Origin: Candidatus Eiseniibacteriota bacterium
GTDB taxonomy: Bacteria; Eisenbacteria; RBG-16-71-46; CAZAMP01
Assembly: GCA_965224245.1 (NCBI GenBank)
Contig: OZ245046.1
Span: 3,232,001-3,296,000 of the forward strand
Reading direction: 5' to 3'
Length of the DNA stretch: 64,000 nt
The notes below the pieces were generated by a model. That model saw only the letters and a list, made by a program, of their open reading frames with translations. It was not told the origin of the DNA and made no database searches. A program made the position numbers and the translations under genes. Shown piece by piece: positions 59,890-64,000 of this stretch; within the stretch, counting starts at the first letter, position 1, and every line of letters starts with the position of its first letter.

Positions 59890-60080
59890 TCGACAACTCC
59901 GCACACCGCTCCGCTCGACCCATCCGATCGGGAGCGCCGCCGTCGTCGACGGCGAGCCCGTCATCGTATTCGCGCCGTTCGTACCGACCAGCCGTCGCAC
60001 CGGCACGACTGGCCGTGCCCGATGTCGATTGACGCGACATCTCATCGTCTCGATGCGCGTCACCCAAAAGGAGGTTCGTA

Positions 60081-60389
60081 ATGCGGTCCCTCGTGTCCCC
60101 CTTCGCGCGGCTCGGCGCGCGAGGCTGCGCGATCGCCGTGGCGTTCGCGCTCGGCGTCTCGGCCACACAGGTGGCCGTGGCCATCCCAGAAGACCCGTAT
60201 CCGATGGTCACGATCTCGAGCGACTTCATCCCGATGGGCGACGACTGGCAGGAGGACTACATCTCGCACGAGACGACCTCCGACCCGACGGTGTCGTCCA
60301 CCGAACGATCGGCCGACACCGATCCGATCGCGGACGAACGTTCCGTGCTCCAGCTCATGCTCACCACGTTGCGTCTCTTCATCCGATAG
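60081..60389 (+). CDS. Small secreted protein / peptide precursor
   Basis: AAGGAGG RBS; Sec signal ending AVA; acidic mature part; stop 18 nt before the TPR-sigma54 activator. Confidence 0.72.
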   Translation: MRSLVSPFARLGARGCAIAVAFALGVSATQVAVAIPEDPYPMVTISSDFIPMGDDWQEDYISHETTSDPTVSSTERSADTDPIADERSVLQLMLTTLRLFIR

Positions 60390-60407
60390 CCAGGGAGCCG
60401 AAACGAC

Positions 60408-62669
60408 ATGTACGATTCATTCGAACATACGCACGTCGATGGCGGCGCCCCGGAGGAGGTCCGACTCGCACTGGCGTACCTGAACGTCGTCGGAAGCGAC
60501 GACACGCCGGCCTCCGATGATGCGACCGAGCACGACGACACGCCGGAGATCGACGAGGACGAGCTGATCCGACGCGCCCGCATCGCGATTCGCTGGCTCC
60601 ATCACCAGGGTCGGGTCGACGAGGCCCGACAGCGGCTCACGGGGCTGATCGCCCGGTGCTGTCCCGACGCGACCCGGTCCTGCCGGCTGGCCGCCACGCT
60701 GCACCGGTTGCTGGGCGTGACATACCGTCTGGATGGACGACCGATGCTGGCCGCCGACGAGCTGATGAAGGCGAAGGTCCTGTACGAGTTCGCGCACGAC
60801 CGCCACGGTGTCGCGATGTCGTTGAACGCGCTGGGAAGCCTCTACGGAAGCCTCTACCAGTGGACGATCGCCGAGGAGTGCTTCACCGCCGCACGCCAGC
60901 TCGGTCGCGAGATCGGCATGGTGTCGATTCAGCGGAAGGCCAGCCGGAACCTCGAGTTCGCCTACCTGCGCCAGGGGCGTCTCGTCGAGGTGAGTGCGCT
61001 CTGGCACGAGAGCCGCGCGCTGCCCCCGATGGACGCCGTCGACGATCCCTACCCGCTGTCTGGAGCGATCACGCTGGCGCGTTTGATGCGGACGCGCGGA
61101 TTCCCCGCCTTCGGGCGCCGGGTGGCCGAGCGCGCGCTCGAGGGGGCCGAGCAGGGCGGGTTTCGACGGACCGAGGCGTACGTGCTTCACGTGGTGGGGC
61201 AGTGCGTACTCGACATGGGGGACGTCGACCGCGCGATCGCGCTGTTCAAGCGCGAGCTCCAGCTCGGGCTCGACATGGCGCCCGTGTCCGACGTCGTCTC
61301 GGAGGCCTACCTGGGCCTGGCCCGCTCGTACGCGGCCCGTGGCGACACGACGCGGACCCGGCGCGCGATCGAGGAAGGGCTCCGCATCTCGGACGAGATC
61401 CAGGACGATCAGACCCGGGTGGGATTGCTCTCCGTCCGCGGCATGCTGGCGTTCAACGACGGTGACGTCGCCGCGGCCGATCGCGACCTCCGCGAGGCCC
61501 GCTCGATCGCCGCGCGGTGTGACTTCCAGCTCGACCTGGCGCTCTGTCTCGAGACCGAGGCGTTCCTGCGGCGCGAGGCCGGCGAGGCACCGCTGGCCGA
61601 CTCCCTGATGGCGGACGCCGCGTACGCCTATCGCCGCATCGGCGCTCCCCGGCTGGCTCGCCAGCTCGAACGAGGCCGACGCGCCCTCTCACGGGGCATC
61701 CCTCATCGCCGCCGCGTCGTCGCGGCCGATGCGCGAGCCGAGCGCTGGGAGGCGTTCGGACTGGTCACCCGGGACAAGACGTTCCTGGACGAGCTGGAGC
61801 GCACCGCCCTCATCGCCGAGACTCCGTTGCCGATCCTGATCTGCGGCGAGAGCGGCGTGGGCAAGGAGCTCGTGGCCGGGGCGATACACGAGCTGAGCGG
61901 CCGCCAGGGCGTCCTCGTCGACATCAACTGCCCGGCCATCCCCGAGACGATGCTCGAGAGCGAGCTGTTCGGTTGCCGGCGCGGGGCGTTCACCGGCGCC
62001 GAGGACCGGCCCGGGCTCGTGTCGTCCGCCGACGGCGGCACGCTGTTCCTGGACGAGATCGGCGACATGCCGCTGGGGCTCCAGTCGAAGCTCCTCAGGT
62101 TCCTCGAGACGTCGCGCTACCGCCGCGTCGGCGGCCGCACGCCGCATTCGGTGAACACCCGGCTGGTGAGTGCGACCAACTCGAACCTCGAGGACCGCGT
62201 CCGTAGCGGCGCCTTCCGGGACGATCTCTTTCACCGGATCGCCGGAGTGGTGGTCACGATCCCCGCACTCAGGGATCGACCGACGGACATCGATGTGTTG
62301 ACCGATCACTTCGTGCAGACCTCGGGCGGGAATCCCGCGGCGCTCTCGGCGTCCGTCCGGAGCGCGCTGCGCGGATACGCGTGGCCGGGCAACGTGCGCG
62401 AGCTGAAGCACGTGATCCAGCAGATGGTGTGGAGTGCGTCCGGTCCGGTGGAAATCGGTCTCGACCTCGTGCCCGAGCGCATCCGAACGCGGGTGTGCTC
62501 GCCCCCCTCCGATCCCCTCGATCATGAGACGCTCACGTCGACCTTGGTCGACACGCGCGGCAGTGTTGCCGAGTCCGCGCGTCGTCTCGGCCTGAGCCGC
62601 CAGCAGATCTACCGCCGGATCGAGGAGATGGGCCTCGATCTATCGGAGCTGCGGGGGGCCGGGTCCTAG
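60408..62669 (+). CDS. TPR-domain sigma54 enhancer-binding protein (AAA+ and Fis HTH)
   Basis: About 430-aa TPR region; [30 protein letters not shown]-terminal HTH; no receiver domain. Confidence 0.92.
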   Translation: MYDSFEHTHVDGGAPEEVRLALAYLNVVGSDDTPASDDATEHDDTPEIDEDELIRRARIAIRWLHHQGRVDEARQRLTGLIARCCPDATRSCRLAATLHRLLGVTYRLDGRPMLAADELMKAKVLYEFAHDRHGVAMSLNALGSLYGSLYQWTIAEECFTAARQLGREIGMVSIQRKASRNLEFAYLRQGRLVEVSALWHESRALPPMDAVDDPYPLSGAITLARLMRTRGFPAFGRRVAERALEGAEQGGFRRTEAYVLHVVGQCVLDMGDVDRAIALFKRELQLGLDMAPVSDVVSEAYLGLARSYAARGDTTRTRRAIEEGLRISDEIQDDQTRVGLLSVRGMLAFNDGDVAAADRDLREARSIAARCDFQLDLALCLETEAFLRREAGEAPLADSLMADAAYAYRRIGAPRLARQLERGRRALSRGIPHRRRVVAADARAERWEAFGLVTRDKTFLDELERTALIAETPLPILICGESGVGKELVAGAIHELSGRQGVLVDINCPAIPETMLESELFGCRRGAFTGAEDRPGLVSSADGGTLFLDEIGDMPLGLQSKLLRFLETSRYRRVGGRTPHSVNTRLVSATNSNLEDRVRSGAFRDDLFHRIAGVVVTIPALRDRPTDIDVLTDHFVQTSGGNPAALSASVRSALRGYAWPGNVRELKHVIQQMVWSASGPVEIGLDLVPERIRTRVCSPPSDPLDHETLTSTLVDTRGSVAESARRLGLSRQQIYRRIEEMGLDLSELRGAGS

Positions 62670-62753
62670 GGGCTCGGGTCATGCCCGCGGTCGCGGACGT
62701 CGCCCCCGGGCGGCGTCCGCGCCGCGGCATGGTCTCCCCGGATGCACCACGTC

Positions 62754-62782
62754 TTGACAGCGTTCCGGGCGCCTTCGAGAAT
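62754..62782 (+). promoter_or_regulatory. sigma70-type promoter for HD-like gene
   Basis: TTGACA-N17-GAGAAT. Confidence 0.5.
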
Positions 62783-62890
62783 CCTCCGCCGCGCCGGCAG
62801 CGGCCGCAGCACCGGCGGCGGCGCCACCCCGGCGTGCGGCTCCCGACGCCGACGCCACCGGAGAGCGCGCGACGCGCGCGAGGAGGAACC

Positions 62891-63433
62891 ATGCGGGACG
62901 CGGTCAACCGCCTCTGGCCCGAGCTGGAATGGATCACCGACGAGAAGCTCCGTGAGCAGGTCGCGCTGACCTGGCAGCGCGCCCTGGAGCGGAGTCCCCT
63001 CACACCCGAGGACCTGGAGCGCATCCCGTTCACACTCCTGGTGCCCGACTGCCCCGCGACCTTCATGGAGCACAAGCGCTGCGTCGTTCACGTGGCCCGC
63101 GACGCGGCGCGGGCCATGGAGACGTTCCTGGGGCGCGCGCTCCCCATCGACCACGACGTCGTGATCGCGGGCGCGATCCTCGCCGACGTCGGAAAGCTGC
63201 TCGAGTACGAGATGGTCGACGGAGAGGCCCGGCAGAGCACGAGAGGTCGCTACGTGCGGCACCCCTTCACCGGGGTCGCGCTGGCCATGGAGTGCGGCGT
63301 GCCGGACGCCGTCTGCCACATCATCGCCGCGCACGCGGCCGAAGGTGATCTCGTCGCGCGCACGACGGAGGCGTACGTCGTCCACCACGCGGACTTCATG
63401 ACGTTCCTGCCGTTCAAGAACCTGAAGCGGTAG
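62891..63433 (+). CDS. HD/HDIG-superfamily protein
   Basis: AGGAGG RBS; EH...V, AILADVGKLLEY, RHPFTG, HIIAAH, VHHAD. Confidence 0.8.
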   Translation: MRDAVNRLWPELEWITDEKLREQVALTWQRALERSPLTPEDLERIPFTLLVPDCPATFMEHKRCVVHVARDAARAMETFLGRALPIDHDVVIAGAILADVGKLLEYEMVDGEARQSTRGRYVRHPFTGVALAMECGVPDAVCHIIAAHAAEGDLVARTTEAYVVHHADFMTFLPFKNLKR

Positions 63434-63594
63434 CGATGTGCCTCCGCCCGACCCGATCGAGCCCGATCAGATGATCGCGCCGACCGGATGTCGCCCCGGT
63501 GAGGCGCGGTGGGCGTGGGCACAACAAAGGAGGCCCGCGCGTCCGCACGCGCGAGCCTCTGCCTCCGGGGTCTCTGCAGATCGTGCACGGGAGG

Positions 63595-64000
63595 CTAAGC
63601 GTCCTGCTTGTGGATCCCTTCGACGGCGATCGTGATCTCCACGTCGTCTCCGACCAGGAAGCCCCCTGCCTCGAGCGCCTTGTTCCAGGTGAGTCCGAAG
63701 TCCCTGCGATCGATCTTGGTCGACGCGGAGAACGCGACCTTCTGGTTGCCCCAGGGATCGACCGCGGCCCCGCTGAACGCCGCGTCCAGCGTGACGGCCT
63801 TCGTGACGCCGGCCATGGTCAGATCGCCGGTCAGCGTGAACTCTCCATCCCCGGTGACGTTGGCCCCGGTCGACTTGAAGGTCAACGTGGGGTGGCTCTC
63901 GACGTCGAAGAACTCTGGCGACCTGAGATGGTCGTCACGCTGGTCGTTGCCGGTCGTGATGCTGGCCACGCTCACCGTGACCTCGGCGGTCGTTTCGCCG
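63595..64000 (-). CDS. YceI-family polyisoprenoid-binding protein, 5'-truncated by window edge
   Basis: SITTGNDQRDDHLRSPEFF, GDLTMAGVTK, DPWG, IDRRDFGLTWN. Confidence 0.93.
   Translation of the reverse strand, partial: GETTAEVTVSVASITTGNDQRDDHLRSPEFFDVESHPTLTFKSTGANVTGDGEFTLTGDLTMAGVTKAVTLDAAFSGAAVDPWGNQKVAFSASTKIDRRDFGLTWNKALEAGGFLVGDDVEITIAVEGIHKQDA

Noticed and set aside
1-64000. Many long overlapping or antisense ORFs (e.g. 13941-15791+, 38146-40434+, 49902-52235+, 54291-56855-, 57859-60168-)
   Set aside because: Arg/Pro/Gly-rich shadow frames of real genes, expected at high GC; no recognisable motifs

Overview
Gene-dense, very GC-rich (roughly 70% by eye) bacterial chromosomal window with about 47 CDS. 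I found no rRNA, tRNA, CRISPR array or transposase. Two large proteases with T9SS/FlgD-Ig-type C-terminal domains, a GWxTD-family protein and a 'TTWxxLKALY' tail suggest an FCB-group lineage such as Eisenbacteria, Krumholzibacteria or Latescibacteria (inference). In order, the window holds: menD-H-B-A-E plus a hotdog thioesterase; a CarH-like B12-binding MerR regulator with an operator-like palindrome; a small surface-polysaccharide export locus coupled to a 4-repeat unknown protein; a PP2C phosphatase, response regulator and metallopeptidase; dapA-dapB; an Omp85 gene divergent from a gingipain-like C25 protease; a putative sphingolipid operon (Spt, GNAT ceramide synthase-like, reductase, AUR1/PAP2-like); an S8 protease; a sugar-utilisation cluster (GH-A-like protein, ABC transporter, two Gfo/Idh/MocA, GH116, plant-type galacturonokinase-like) interrupted by a doubly frameshifted lipoprotein gene; and a small secreted-peptide gene coupled to a TPR-containing sigma54 activator. 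The best candidates for new biology are the peptide/TPR-sigma54 pair and the four-gene sphingolipid operon. All product calls rest on motifs recognised by eye; no database search was run.
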